Assembly: GCA_910587655.1 (NCBI GenBank)
Contig: CAJUND010000011.1
Location: forward strand, 58,425 to 122,424
Reading direction: 5' to 3'
Length of the DNA stretch: 64,000 nt
Origin: an uncultured Agathobacter sp.
GTDB lineage: Bacteria > Bacillota > Clostridia > Lachnospirales > Lachnospiraceae
Positions 49,944 through 59,970 of the stretch are shown here, piece after piece (positions within the stretch are counted from its first letter, which is position 1; the number at the start of each line of letters is the position of its first letter). The translations under genes were made by a program, and so were the position numbers. The notes under the pieces are model-generated. The model ran no database searches. It saw only the letters and a list, made by a program, of their open reading frames with translations, and was not told where the DNA came from.

Positions 49944-51392
49944 ATGAAGAAGATTCTGTTCGTCTCATCAGAGGCAGTTCCGTATATTAAAACAGGAGGA
50001 CTGGCAGACGTTGCGGGTTCCCTGCCAAAGTATTTTGACAAAGAGAAGTATGATGTGCGGGTCATGATTCCCAAATATGCCTGCATGGATGCAGCATTTC
50101 TGCCAAAGCTTCATTTTGTCTGTCATTTTTATGTCAACTTAAACTGGCGTAAACAGTATGTTGGAATTCTGGAAGCGGAATATAAAGGAATTCATTATTA
50201 TTTTGTAGACAATGAGTTCTATTTTGCAGGGTCATCTCCATATAACAATATCTATGAAGATGTTGAGAAATTTGCGTATTTTTCCAAGGCGGCATTAAGA
50301 AGTCTGCCGTATATAGATTTTGCACCGGACATTATCCACTGTCATGACTGGCAGACCGGACTGTTACCGGTATTTTTAAGAACTTCTTTTGGTGATGACA
50401 GTTTTTATGCCGGAATTAAAACAGTTTATTCGATTCATAACCTGCAGTTTCAGGGACGCTGGAAAATTCGTGAGGTTATGGATATTACAGGGCTTCCGGA
50501 GCATATTTTTAATGCAGGCCAGCTGGAGTCATACGGGGAGGCAAACTACTTAAAAGGTGGTGTTGTTTATTCCGATTTTGTGACAACCGTAAGTCCAAGC
50601 TATGCCGGGGAAATTGCCACGGTGGAAGGCGGTGAAGGATTAGACGGACTGATGGCTGCAAAGCGGGGCAGTCTCTATGGTATTTTGAACGGAATCGATT
50701 ATGAGGAGTATAATCCGCAGACCGATCCGCACATCCATGCAAATTTTACAAAAAAGGATGCGCTGGTAGGAAAAAAGAGAAACAAGGCTGCCCTGCAGAA
50801 AAAACTTGGTCTTCCAGTAAATGAGGATGCACTGATGATAGGCATGGTTTCGCGTATGACAAGCCAGAAGGGATTTGATCTGGTTGATTATGCACTGGAC
50901 GAGCTGTTATCATCTATGGAGATTCAGTTTGTAATTCTTGGAACGGGAGAAGAGAGGTATGAAAATACCCTGCGGAATTTTCAGGAACGTTATCCTGACA
51001 AACTCCGTGCGCTGATTGGTTATTCCGAAGGGCAGGCGCACCAGATTTATGCCTCCTGTGATGCCTTTCTGATGCCTTCACTATTTGAACCGTGCGGCTT
51101 AAGCCAGATGATTTCCATGCGCTATGGGACACTGCCGGTGGTGCGGGAAACAGGAGGGCTTAAAGATACGGTGCAGCCGTATAATGAATACGAACATACC
51201 GGTACAGGTTTTTCTTTCTGTAATTATAATGCACATGAGATGATGAATATTGTCCGTTATGCTTACAGCATCTTTACAGATCATAAATCAGAGTGGTATG
51301 CAATGATAGAGCGTGCCATGGCACAGAATTTTTCGTGGAATACATCGGCACGTAAATATGAGGAGCTGTATGACAAAATGACAGAACTTTAA
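49944..51392 (+). CDS. glgA: Glycogen synthase
   Basis: KTGGLADV, HCHDWQ, IHNLQFQG, PSLFEPCGLSQ. Confidence 0.96.
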   Translation: MKKILFVSSEAVPYIKTGGLADVAGSLPKYFDKEKYDVRVMIPKYACMDAAFLPKLHFVCHFYVNLNWRKQYVGILEAEYKGIHYYFVDNEFYFAGSSPYNNIYEDVEKFAYFSKAALRSLPYIDFAPDIIHCHDWQTGLLPVFLRTSFGDDSFYAGIKTVYSIHNLQFQGRWKIREVMDITGLPEHIFNAGQLESYGEANYLKGGVVYSDFVTTVSPSYAGEIATVEGGEGLDGLMAAKRGSLYGILNGIDYEEYNPQTDPHIHANFTKKDALVGKKRNKAALQKKLGLPVNEDALMIGMVSRMTSQKGFDLVDYALDELLSSMEIQFVILGTGEERYENTLRNFQERYPDKLRALIGYSEGQAHQIYASCDAFLMPSLFEPCGLSQMISMRYGTLPVVRETGGLKDTVQPYNEYEHTGTGFSFCNYNAHEMMNIVRYAYSIFTDHKSEWYAMIERAMAQNFSWNTSARKYEELYDKMTEL

Positions 51393-51442
51393 TTCCTGTT
51401 ATTAATTAGTTCTCTTGTGCCGGACCAGTCAATTTATTTGGT

Positions 51443-52312
51443 TCAGGAAGTAATGATTTTTGTCCTGCGGTTAAAATAATACGCATGATCAGAAAGAATT
51501 TCATCATCAGCAAGCTGTGATTCGTTGACTTCCCTTACCATTTGTGTATATTTTTCAAGGGTAGCAGAATCAGCAGAATCGACCGGAATCAGAATTACTT
51601 CGTGAATACTGCTTGGAAGAATCACGAGGTTTTTGTGAAAGAGGTCTGCGGTTTCCTGCAGCATCTTTTCGTAGAGTATCACAGAAGCTCCATTGGTCCG
51701 GTACTGGTTGGACATAACATACATCGGGAGTTTACAGATGTCATTGTGTTCCTTTAACAGTGTCTGCATTGGCAGAAATTCCGGTGGAAGAAGAAGGGGT
51801 GTATTTTTTTCCGCTATCCGGCGGAGTTCGTCAACTGTTACATTCCACATGGAAAGATGATGGTTGTGAACCAGAATATTTGCCTGGTTGTTTTTGTCTG
51901 CATGAAGCATACAGTAGAAAATTACGGCAAGATCCTGAAACCGGTAATAGGGAACATCCTCTAAAAGCTCTTCATTTTTTTTATAATTAACCAGCCGCAT
52001 GACAATTCGGGAAGATGCCCTGCGGTAGTCAGTAAATGCACTGGTGTCGAAATCTTCTGTTGGAAGATGGCTGAAATATGCCGAAAGAATATCATCATAG
52101 ATATCTTCCAGACACACGCCTTCAAGATAACGGTGATAATAGGGCTGGAGATAAATGGTTGGCGAAACGTTTACATCTGGCTGCATAATAACCAGACCAT
52201 CGCAGCGTCTGCCATTATTTTTCATAACCGGATGAATTTCCAGTTTCACATCTGCATCGATACGGTTTGTGAGCTGGGTTTTAATTGTTGTTAAAAATTC
52301 CTGATAGTTCAT
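51443..52312 (-). CDS. DUF5688-like protein of unknown function
   Basis: KNNG, SPTIYL, RLVNY..NEELL, GAS.ILY, ILPSSIHEVILIP, MVREVN, LSDHAYYF; start after AAGGAG. Confidence 0.75.
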   Translation of the reverse strand: MNYQEFLTTIKTQLTNRIDADVKLEIHPVMKNNGRRCDGLVIMQPDVNVSPTIYLQPYYHRYLEGVCLEDIYDDILSAYFSHLPTEDFDTSAFTDYRRASSRIVMRLVNYKKNEELLEDVPYYRFQDLAVIFYCMLHADKNNQANILVHNHHLSMWNVTVDELRRIAEKNTPLLLPPEFLPMQTLLKEHNDICKLPMYVMSNQYRTNGASVILYEKMLQETADLFHKNLVILPSSIHEVILIPVDSADSATLEKYTQMVREVNESQLADDEILSDHAYYFNRRTKIITS

Positions 52313-52401
52313 GCTTCTCCTTTTAAGCATGGAATACCCATATTCTGAAACATAACTGCTTACAGTTTGTTATATTTGTCCGGGAAGATTTACTGATAAA
52401 G

Positions 52402-52435
52402 AAGACCACGACGTATGGTTTTACGCCGTGGTCTT
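52402..52435 (-). terminator. Hairpin terminator after potD
   Basis: AAGACCACG...CGTGGTCTT stem followed by CTTT on the minus strand. Confidence 0.6.
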
Positions 52436-52478
52436 ACTGTATCATATTTCCAAATTAAAAAACAATAGAACTTTAGTA

Positions 52479-53558
52479 CTAGTCAGCCAGAAGTTCCTGC
52501 CAGAGTTTACTGTAAAGTGTGGATTCTTCATCAGAAAGAGCCGTAAATATTTCACATCGTTTAATGGTATCAGCACTTGGATTAATAGCTTCATTGTTTT
52601 TAACAGTTTCATTTTGTTTTTCTACAACTGCTGTAATGGGAGAAGCGTACTGTACATATTCAAAATTCTTATCCGCAATCTCCTCGCGGCAGAGAAAATT
52701 CAGAAACTGCAGCGCTGCTTTCTTGTCATTGCAGGATTTTGGGACAAACCATGAATCAATCCAGAGGTTGGAGCCTTCTTCCGGAACCGAATATCCAAGG
52801 TTGTCATTTTCCAGCATGGCAAGGGCGGCTTCACCGGAATAACAGAGGGCAATGCTTGCTTCCTCACTAATCATGGAATCTGATGTTTCATCCACATAAT
52901 ACGCATACACAATGCCGTCCTGTTTTTGTTTTTTCAGACGTTCCAGGGCTTCATTTAAATGCCCCTCCTCCGTTTCATTGAGGGAATATCCGAGGGAAAT
53001 GAGTGCCGGTGTAAAGCTGTCCCGCACGGAGTTTTCCATAATGATTTCATCCTCGTAAGTCGGATCCCAGAGGCAGTCCCATGAGGAAACCACGTCTGGC
53101 TGTATCGTATCTTTTTTATACAGCAGACCAAGAGTGCCGTAAAAGTATGGGACTGTATAGTTATGGCTGCTGTCATAGGAAGAACTCATGTCAATAATTG
53201 AAGAATCCAGGTTTTTATAATTGTCCATTGCCTCAAAATCCATCTGAAGTACTTCCCCTTCCTTAATCAGGCGTTCCACCATATATTCCGAAGAGCAGAT
53301 AAGGTCATAGTCAATGGAGCCGGCTTTGTATTTGGTATACATTTCTTCCGGGCTTTCATATTCTTCGTATTTGATTTTAATTCCGGTTTCTTCTTCAAAC
53401 TGACGGATGACAGATTCATCCATGTATTTTCCGTAATTTAAAACCGTCAGTGATTTAACGTCTTCCCCGTTTTCAGATGAACCGTTTCCGCAGGCACAAA
53501 GAGAGCCTGCCACAGCGATGAGTAATAAAGCAGATACCATTCTTTTTTTCATTTTCAT
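52479..53558 (-). CDS. potD: Spermidine/putrescine ABC substrate-binding lipoprotein
   Basis: Lipobox-like LCAC, FEEETGI, PEEGSNLWID. Confidence 0.88.
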   Translation of the reverse strand: MKMKKRMVSALLLIAVAGSLCACGNGSSENGEDVKSLTVLNYGKYMDESVIRQFEEETGIKIKYEEYESPEEMYTKYKAGSIDYDLICSSEYMVERLIKEGEVLQMDFEAMDNYKNLDSSIIDMSSSYDSSHNYTVPYFYGTLGLLYKKDTIQPDVVSSWDCLWDPTYEDEIIMENSVRDSFTPALISLGYSLNETEEGHLNEALERLKKQKQDGIVYAYYVDETSDSMISEEASIALCYSGEAALAMLENDNLGYSVPEEGSNLWIDSWFVPKSCNDKKAALQFLNFLCREEIADKNFEYVQYASPITAVVEKQNETVKNNEAINPSADTIKRCEIFTALSDEESTLYSKLWQELLAD

Positions 53559-53570
53559 ATCCTCCTTAAA

Positions 53571-54341
53571 TCAGTTTGGTTTTCTTCCAGGACGGACATT
53601 TCCAGCCAGAAGAATCAGCAGTACAGCAAAAAAGAGTATTGTTGACAGTGCATATAATTCCGGTTTTACTCCTTTGCGCAGTTCCGTATAGAGCATGGTG
53701 GAAAGCGTATTAACCCCCGCACCCTTGGTAAAATATGTGATAGAAAAATCATCCAGCGACATTGTAACAGCCATCATAAATCCTGAAAAAACAGCAGGAC
53801 GGATTTCCGGCCAGGTAACTTTGTAAAAAGCATATCCAGGGGACGCCCCCAGATCCAGCGCAGCTTCGTATGTACTGCGGTTGACAGCTTTTAATTTTGG
53901 CAGTACGTTTAAAATTATATAGGGGATACTGAATGTGATATGCGCAATCAGTACAGTCACAAATCCTAGATCCATGAATTTTACAAACAGAAGCATCATG
54001 GAAATGCCGGTTACAATATCAGCATTTAGCATAGGAATATTTGTTGCGCCCAGATAGAGTGCCTGCCCTTTTTTTTTCATCGAAGCAATGCCAAATGCAG
54101 CCAGTGTCCCAATCAGCGTGGAAATAACGGCAGATATAAAGGTAATCTGTAAGGTCGTCATAAATGCGGACATAATGGTTTCATTCTGAAAACATCCCAG
54201 GTACCACTGGAATGTAAAGCCGCCCCATTTTACTTTTGTGCGGGAATTGTTAAAAGACAATGCAACCAGCACAATAATCGGCAGATAGAGGAATGCAAAA
54301 ACCAGAAACAGATAAAGCCTTGAAATACATTTTTTTATCAT
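53571..54341 (-). CDS. potC: Spermidine/putrescine ABC permease
   Basis: FLYLPI, EAALDLGA loop, SLDDF. Confidence 0.9.
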   Translation of the reverse strand: MIKKCISRLYLFLVFAFLYLPIIVLVALSFNNSRTKVKWGGFTFQWYLGCFQNETIMSAFMTTLQITFISAVISTLIGTLAAFGIASMKKKGQALYLGATNIPMLNADIVTGISMMLLFVKFMDLGFVTVLIAHITFSIPYIILNVLPKLKAVNRSTYEAALDLGASPGYAFYKVTWPEIRPAVFSGFMMAVTMSLDDFSITYFTKGAGVNTLSTMLYTELRKGVKPELYALSTILFFAVLLILLAGNVRPGRKPN

Positions 54342-55156
54342 CGTGCCGTATCCTCCCTGTCAAATAGGTTTACAAGCGCCATACTTGCGATTACAAAAAT
54401 CATCAGAACAAAGGAAAGCCCGCTTCCGGCATTCCACTGCATTCCCTGCATAAAATCCTGTTCTATGACATTTCCAATTAAAAGCACCTGTCCGCCGCCA
54501 AGTACCTGCGAAATTGCAAAAGAAGTCAGCGATGGTACAAAAACCATGACAATTCCGCTGATAATCCCGGATACCGTAAGCGGCAGAATAATTTTGAAAA
54601 AAATAGTAATACTGTTTGCACCAAGATCCTGCGCAGCTTCAATCCAGTCCCTGCGAATACGGGTCATGGAATTATAAATCGGCAGAAGCATAAACGGAAG
54701 AAAATCATAAACCATTCCGAGTACCACAGCCGCCGGGGTATTAATCATGCTGATATCCGGCAGGCCGATGCCTTCCAGCAGTGTGTTGACCACACCGTTT
54801 TTGGATAACAGCAGTTTCCATGCCAGAATACGGAGCATAAAATTCATCCACATCGGGAGCATAAAAATAAATACAACAAATCCCTGGTTCTTAAACTGTA
54901 TCCGGCTTAAAATCATGGCAAGCGGATAGGAGAGAAGCAGACAGATGATGGTACAGATAATTCCAAGCTTTAAAGAAAGCCCGATTGCTTTCCGGTTGGT
55001 TTCCGCGCCGATTGCAAAAATATATTCCAGAGTAAACATTCCGTCTGCATTTGTGAATGCATAGTACAGAATCATTAGTACGGGCAGGAGAATAAAGCCC
55101 GCAATCCAGAGCAGGTAAGGTCCGGCAAGGAACTGCTGTTTTAATTTACTCATCAA
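54338..55156 (-). CDS. potB: Spermidine/putrescine ABC permease
   Basis: LPMWMN, LPFMLLPIY, EAAQDLGA. Confidence 0.9.
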   Translation of the reverse strand: MMSKLKQQFLAGPYLLWIAGFILLPVLMILYYAFTNADGMFTLEYIFAIGAETNRKAIGLSLKLGIICTIICLLLSYPLAMILSRIQFKNQGFVVFIFMLPMWMNFMLRILAWKLLLSKNGVVNTLLEGIGLPDISMINTPAAVVLGMVYDFLPFMLLPIYNSMTRIRRDWIEAAQDLGANSITIFFKIILPLTVSGIISGIVMVFVPSLTSFAISQVLGGGQVLLIGNVIEQDFMQGMQWNAGSGLSFVLMIFVIASMALVNLFDREDTAR

Positions 55157-56219
55157 TTTCTACCGCCCTTTCATCAGAGGATTCCGGTTTGTGCATAATC
55201 TGGATATTGAACGGGATTACCTTAATTCCCACATGGGTGCCCACCGGAACATATTTTGTGGTATGAACCAGCCATTCATATCCGTTTGCCTGTACATCCA
55301 GTTCGTAGTGGACGCCTTTAAAGATTAAGGAGGTAACATTCCCTTCCATATATCCGTCTGCAGGTTCCACAAGTTCGACGTCCTCCGGACGGATGACCAC
55401 ATCCACGGGAGTGTTTTCACCAAAGCCTTCATCCACACACGGCATTTTTACACTGAGAATCTCCACAAGCCGGTCTTTGATCATGATTCCGTCAATAATG
55501 TTGCTGTGTCCGATAAAATCTGCAACAAAGGCATTTTCCGGTTCATTGTAAATATCCTCCGGCGTACCAATCTGCTGGATATATCCCTGGTTCATGACAA
55601 CAATGGTATCAGACATGGTAAGGGCTTCCTCCTGGTCATGTGTCACATAAACAAAAGTAATTCCCAGTTCTTCTTTCAGACGGATTAATTCGTACTGCAT
55701 GTTCTGCCTTAACTTAAGGTCAAGCGCACCCAGTGGTTCATCCAGCAGAAGTACCTTTGGTTCATTAACAATGGCACGTGCAATGGCAATGCGCTGCTGC
55801 TGGCCGCCTGAAAGGGAATGTACAGAACGCTTCTCATATCCGTCAAGGTTTACTAATTTTAATGCATATTTAATTTTATCTTCAATATAACTTTTACTTT
55901 TCCTGCTGATTTTCAGACCAAATGCAATATTTTCAGCAATGGACATATGTGGAAAAAGAGAGTACTTTTGAAATACAGTATTGAGTTTACGCTCGTTTGC
56001 AGGAAGGCGGGTAATGTCCTTTCCGTCAAAAAAAATCTGCCCGGTATCAGGCATTTCAAATCCGCCCAGCATACGTAACGTGGTGGTTTTTCCGCAGCCG
56101 GAAGGTCCAAGCAGCGTGAGAAATTCATTTTCCCTGATATAGAGGTTAAACTCATCCAGCACAGGAGTCTGTTCAAAGGATTTTGATATATCTATAAAAT
56201 CTATTAAATGTTTACTCAT
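55146..56219 (-). CDS. potA: Spermidine/putrescine ABC ATPase
   Basis: GPSGCGKTT, LSGGQQQR, LLDEPLGALD, TOBE-like tail. Confidence 0.92.
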   Translation of the reverse strand: MSKHLIDFIDISKSFEQTPVLDEFNLYIRENEFLTLLGPSGCGKTTTLRMLGGFEMPDTGQIFFDGKDITRLPANERKLNTVFQKYSLFPHMSIAENIAFGLKISRKSKSYIEDKIKYALKLVNLDGYEKRSVHSLSGGQQQRIAIARAIVNEPKVLLLDEPLGALDLKLRQNMQYELIRLKEELGITFVYVTHDQEEALTMSDTIVVMNQGYIQQIGTPEDIYNEPENAFVADFIGHSNIIDGIMIKDRLVEILSVKMPCVDEGFGENTPVDVVIRPEDVELVEPADGYMEGNVTSLIFKGVHYELDVQANGYEWLVHTTKYVPVGTHVGIKVIPFNIQIMHKPESSDERAVEIDE

Positions 56220-56267
56220 TCTTCATCTGCCCCATATCGTTCATTATAATTGAAAGAAACAAATTTT

Positions 56268-56295
56268 ATTGTATAGGATTATGCCTGAATGTCAA
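56268..56295 (-). promoter_or_regulatory. sigmaA-type promoter of potABCD
   Basis: Minus strand TTGACA-16 bp-TACAAT. Confidence 0.6.
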
Positions 56296-56374
56296 GCAAT
56301 ATCTGCTTTTTTATTTTTAGGGTTGATTTTGTGGTCCGGATTTGGTAATATACTTAAAGTGATAGCAGATATGT

Positions 56375-56447
56375 GCCAATATGGCTCAGTTGGTAGAGCG
56401 GCGCATTCGTAATGCGTAGGTCAGGGGTTCGAGTCCCCTTATTGGCT
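56375..56447 (+). tRNA. tRNA-Thr (anticodon CGT), no encoded CCA
   Basis: Acceptor GCCAATA/TATTGGC, D-arm GCTCAGTTGGTAGAGC, anticodon loop TTCGTAA, T-loop GGTTCGAGTCC. Confidence 0.95.
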
Positions 56448-56457
56448 TTGTACGAAT

Positions 56458-56503
56458 GGAGCCTCGGTAGATTCAGGAGATGAATCCATCGGGGTTCTTT
56501 TTT
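56458..56503 (+). terminator. Rho-independent terminator after the tRNA
   Basis: Long stem GAGCCTCGGT..ATTCA / TGAAT..ATCGGGGTTC followed by T6. Confidence 0.8.
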
Positions 56504-56591
56504 ACTGTAAAGAAAACATCTGGTTTTCTGCAGTTGCAGGCTGTCCATGGTTATATCCAGAGTGTAAACAAAAAAGGAGGAACATTCAGTT

Positions 56592-57185
56592 ATGAAAAAA
56601 CAGGTCGTTATAGAAAAAGGAATGATACTATCGGTGATATTTATAATTCTTGGGGCGGTGGTGTTTTTCTGGGGATCAGATTTTGAGAAGCGTCTGAAAA
56701 ATCCTGTGGTGCTTAAGGAAATGACAGAGATGGACTGCAAAACCTTAAATTATGTGGACGGTGAGATAACCGCTTATCTGATGTCATGGGAGTATGATAC
56801 GGCGATGGAAGGGAACCAGAACGACGGGACGCAGAAAACTACCGGTATCAGCGGGAATCATAATATTCTTCTGACAAATTATGATATTTATACGGTTCCC
56901 ATCCAGAACGGAAAATATATCCGTGTGCTTGCCGGGAAAAAAGATACAAAGGATTCCCTGGAAAACTTCAATGCCGCAGTGCCGTTTCACGGACTCGTGA
57001 TTAAATCCGGCAAGGCTCTTAACAGCGAGTGGTACAGCAGAATCGATAAATTTAATTCCTCAGCTGTTCTTCCGGATTATATGATTATGGAATTTAACGG
57101 AGACAACCTGAAATCCATTAAATATCTGGGGATTGTGATGGCTGGTCTTTCCCTGCTTTATATTATCACGAAGGTGGTTAAGTAA
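56592..57185 (+). CDS. Hypothetical membrane protein with TM helices at both ends
   Basis: AGGAGG RBS, 197 aa, two hydrophobic termini. Confidence 0.7.
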   Translation: MKKQVVIEKGMILSVIFIILGAVVFFWGSDFEKRLKNPVVLKEMTEMDCKTLNYVDGEITAYLMSWEYDTAMEGNQNDGTQKTTGISGNHNILLTNYDIYTVPIQNGKYIRVLAGKKDTKDSLENFNAAVPFHGLVIKSGKALNSEWYSRIDKFNSSAVLPDYMIMEFNGDNLKSIKYLGIVMAGLSLLYIITKVVK

Positions 57186-57698
57186 ATGGATGAAAACAGT
57201 TACAGCCAGAAACAGCTTGATGACCTCTGCCAGTCAATGATAGAGTTTTTTGCCGGGGATCCTAAGAGAATCCAGCATTTTATGAAAGTACACAGTTTTG
57301 CCCGGATTATCGGCACAAAGGAAGGCATGGATCCGGTATCCCTTAGTATCCTTGAGGCAGCTGCATATACCCATGATATTGGCATCCGTCCTGCAGAAGA
57401 AAAATACGGCAGATGCGACGGCAGGCTTCAGGAGCAGGAAGGACCGACGGTCGCCCAGAAGCTGTTATCGGATATTGGTTTTGAAAATTACATGACAGAG
57501 AGAATCTGTTACCTTGTGGGACACCACCATAGCTATGATCAGATAGAGGGACTGGATTACCAGATCCTGGTGGAAGCGGACCTGCTTGTGAACCTGTACG
57601 AGGACGATGCCGGTGAAAAAGGGATTCTGGCTGCGTACCGCAATATTTTCCGTACGGAAAGCGGCAGAAACATCTGCAGGCAGATGTTTGCAATATAG
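57186..57698 (+). CDS. HD-domain phosphohydrolase
   Basis: RIQH...AAYTHDIG...GHHH...EAD metal-binding pattern. Confidence 0.85.
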   Translation: MDENSYSQKQLDDLCQSMIEFFAGDPKRIQHFMKVHSFARIIGTKEGMDPVSLSILEAAAYTHDIGIRPAEEKYGRCDGRLQEQEGPTVAQKLLSDIGFENYMTERICYLVGHHHSYDQIEGLDYQILVEADLLVNLYEDDAGEKGILAAYRNIFRTESGRNICRQMFAI

Positions 57699-57720
57699 GA
57701 ATGAACCAGGGACAGGGCTT

Positions 57721-58383
57721 ATGAACAGGATAAATTATGAACAGGTAATGGAACGCCTGATTCTTGAGAACTGCAGCGGGGACCGGGTGCCGAGGCTTCT
57801 TCTGCACAGCTGCTGCGCTCCATGCAGTTCTTATTGTATTGAACGTCTGGCCGCACATTTTTATGTGACGGTCTTTTATTACAATCCCAATATTTATCCA
57901 CCGGAAGAATACCATATACGCGCACGTGAGCAGGAACGGTTTATCAAAGAGTTTCCCGCGAAGTATCCGCTGTCCTTCGTGGAAGGAAGCTATGATACCG
58001 AAAAGTTTTACGGGCTTGTGAAGGGGATGGAGCATCTTCCGGAGGGGGACAGGCGCTGTTTTGCCTGTTATGAGATGCGTCTGCGGGAGACCGCAGAATA
58101 TGCAGACAGCCGCGGATATGATTTTTTTACAACCACATTATCGATCAGCCCGTTAAAAAATGCAGAAAAACTGAATGAAATCGGAAAGAAGCTGGAGCTG
58201 GAATACCGTCCGGCGTATCTGTACTCCGATTTCAAAAAGAAGAACGGATACAGACGTTCAACAGAGATTTCAAAAGAATACAATATGTACCGCCAGTATT
58301 ACTGCGGGTGCATATATTCAAAAAAAGAGCGTGATGCACAGATTGCACTGCGAAATCCGGCAGACAGAACAGACAATGATTGA
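57721..58383 (+). CDS. queH: Epoxyqueuosine reductase QueH (DUF208)
   Basis: LLHSCCAPCS, YNPNI, RCFACY, TTTLSISP.K, YRQYYCGC; start moved to ATG 57721. Confidence 0.9.
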   Translation: MNRINYEQVMERLILENCSGDRVPRLLLHSCCAPCSSYCIERLAAHFYVTVFYYNPNIYPPEEYHIRAREQERFIKEFPAKYPLSFVEGSYDTEKFYGLVKGMEHLPEGDRRCFACYEMRLRETAEYADSRGYDFFTTTLSISPLKNAEKLNEIGKKLELEYRPAYLYSDFKKKNGYRRSTEISKEYNMYRQYYCGCIYSKKERDAQIALRNPADRTDND

Positions 58384-58400
58384 AAGAGAGGAATTTACTT

Positions 58401-59816
58401 ATGGCACAGTTATGGGGCGGACGTTTCACAAAGGAGACGGATCAGCTTGTTTATCAGTTTAATGCATCAATTTCATTTGACAAAAAGTTTTTCAGACAGG
58501 ATATTGAAGGTTCAAAGGCACATGTTGCCATGCTTGGAAAGCAGGAAATTCTTACAAAGCAGGAAATGCAGGACATCATAAAGTGTCTGGATGAAATTAT
58601 GCAGGACGTGGAAGCAGGGAAACTGCAGATTACGGAACAATATGAGGATATCCACAGCTTTGTGGAGGCAAACCTGATTGAGAGGATTGGTGACACCGGA
58701 AAAAAGCTTCACACCGGAAGAAGCAGAAACGACCAGGTGGCGCTTGATATGAGACTGTATACGCGTCTGCAGATTCTGGAAACAGACGGGCTGTTAAAGG
58801 AGCTTTTAACAGTTCTGCTCCGGCTGATGAAAGAAAATACGGATACCATTATGCCGGGCTTTACCCACCTGCAGAAAGCGCAGCCAATTACGCTGTCACA
58901 CCATATGGGCGCCTATTTTGAAATGTTTAAGCGCGACCGCATGCGGCTTTCTGATATTTTTGAACGTATGAACTACTGTCCGCTTGGCTCCGGCGCACTG
59001 GCGGGGACAACTTATCCGCTGGACCGCGACTATACTGCAAAGCTGATGGGATTTTACGGTCCGACATTAAACAGTATGGACGGCGTTTCCGACCGGGATT
59101 ACCTGCTGGAATTTCTTGCGGCGCTTTCCACCATTATGATGCATCTGAGCCGTTTCTGCGAGGAAATCATTATCTGGAATTCCAATGAATACCAGTTTGT
59201 GGAGATTGACGATGCATACAGCACGGGAAGCTCCATTATGCCGCAGAAGAAGAACCCGGATATTGCAGAGCTTGTCAGGGGAAAGACGGGACGTGTCTAT
59301 GCCGCGCTTGTTTCGCTGCTTACCACAATGAAAGGAATCCCGCTTGCATATAATAAGGATATGCAGGAGGACAAGGAGCTTGCATTTGATGCAATGGATA
59401 CGGTAAAGAACTGCGTTGCCCTGTTTACCGGAATGGTTGACACCATGAAATTTAACAGGGACGTTATGAGAAAAAGTGCAAACAACGGCTTTACCAATGC
59501 AACGGACGCTGCGGATTATCTGGTGAAAAAAGGAGTTCCGTTCCGTGACGCACATGGGATTATCGGACAGATTGTGCTTTACTGCATCGAAAAGAATATT
59601 GCCATTGACGACATGAAGCTGGAGGAACTGCAGAAATTTTCCCCGGTATTTGCAAAGGATGTTTATGAAGCAGTTTCCATGGAAACCTGTGTAAACACAA
59701 GATGTACCACAGGCGCCCCTTCCCGCACTGCCATGGAGCAGGTGATTGCCATTGAGGAAGAATACCTGAAAGAGGAAGCGTTTCAAGAGTTTGCAGACAC
59801 AATTTCTGAAAAATAG
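58401..59816 (+). CDS. argH: Argininosuccinate lyase
   Basis: LWGGRF, HTGRSRNDQV, GSSIMPQKKNPD, YNKDMQEDKE. Confidence 0.97.
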   Translation: MAQLWGGRFTKETDQLVYQFNASISFDKKFFRQDIEGSKAHVAMLGKQEILTKQEMQDIIKCLDEIMQDVEAGKLQITEQYEDIHSFVEANLIERIGDTGKKLHTGRSRNDQVALDMRLYTRLQILETDGLLKELLTVLLRLMKENTDTIMPGFTHLQKAQPITLSHHMGAYFEMFKRDRMRLSDIFERMNYCPLGSGALAGTTYPLDRDYTAKLMGFYGPTLNSMDGVSDRDYLLEFLAALSTIMMHLSRFCEEIIIWNSNEYQFVEIDDAYSTGSSIMPQKKNPDIAELVRGKTGRVYAALVSLLTTMKGIPLAYNKDMQEDKELAFDAMDTVKNCVALFTGMVDTMKFNRDVMRKSANNGFTNATDAADYLVKKGVPFRDAHGIIGQIVLYCIEKNIAIDDMKLEELQKFSPVFAKDVYEAVSMETCVNTRCTTGAPSRTAMEQVIAIEEEYLKEEAFQEFADTISEK

Positions 59817-59836
59817 CATAATATACAAAAAACTGC

Positions 59837-59865
59837 TTGCATTTTTAGCTGTTTTGCTGTAAGAT
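59837..59865 (+). promoter_or_regulatory. sigmaA-type promoter of asd
   Basis: TTGCAT-17 bp-TAAGAT. Confidence 0.5.
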
Positions 59866-59970
59866 GGTGTCTAACAAAGACAACTGTGTGTCATACGCGG
59901 ACACACAGAAGATACAACAAGAAGATTAAGGCTAAAAAACGGAAAATGAATGAAAGGATAATATGAAGAA

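Noticed and set aside
56375..57185. Island integrated at tRNA-Thr
   Set aside because: No duplicate of the tRNA 3' end noticed and no integrase; downstream genes are mostly housekeeping
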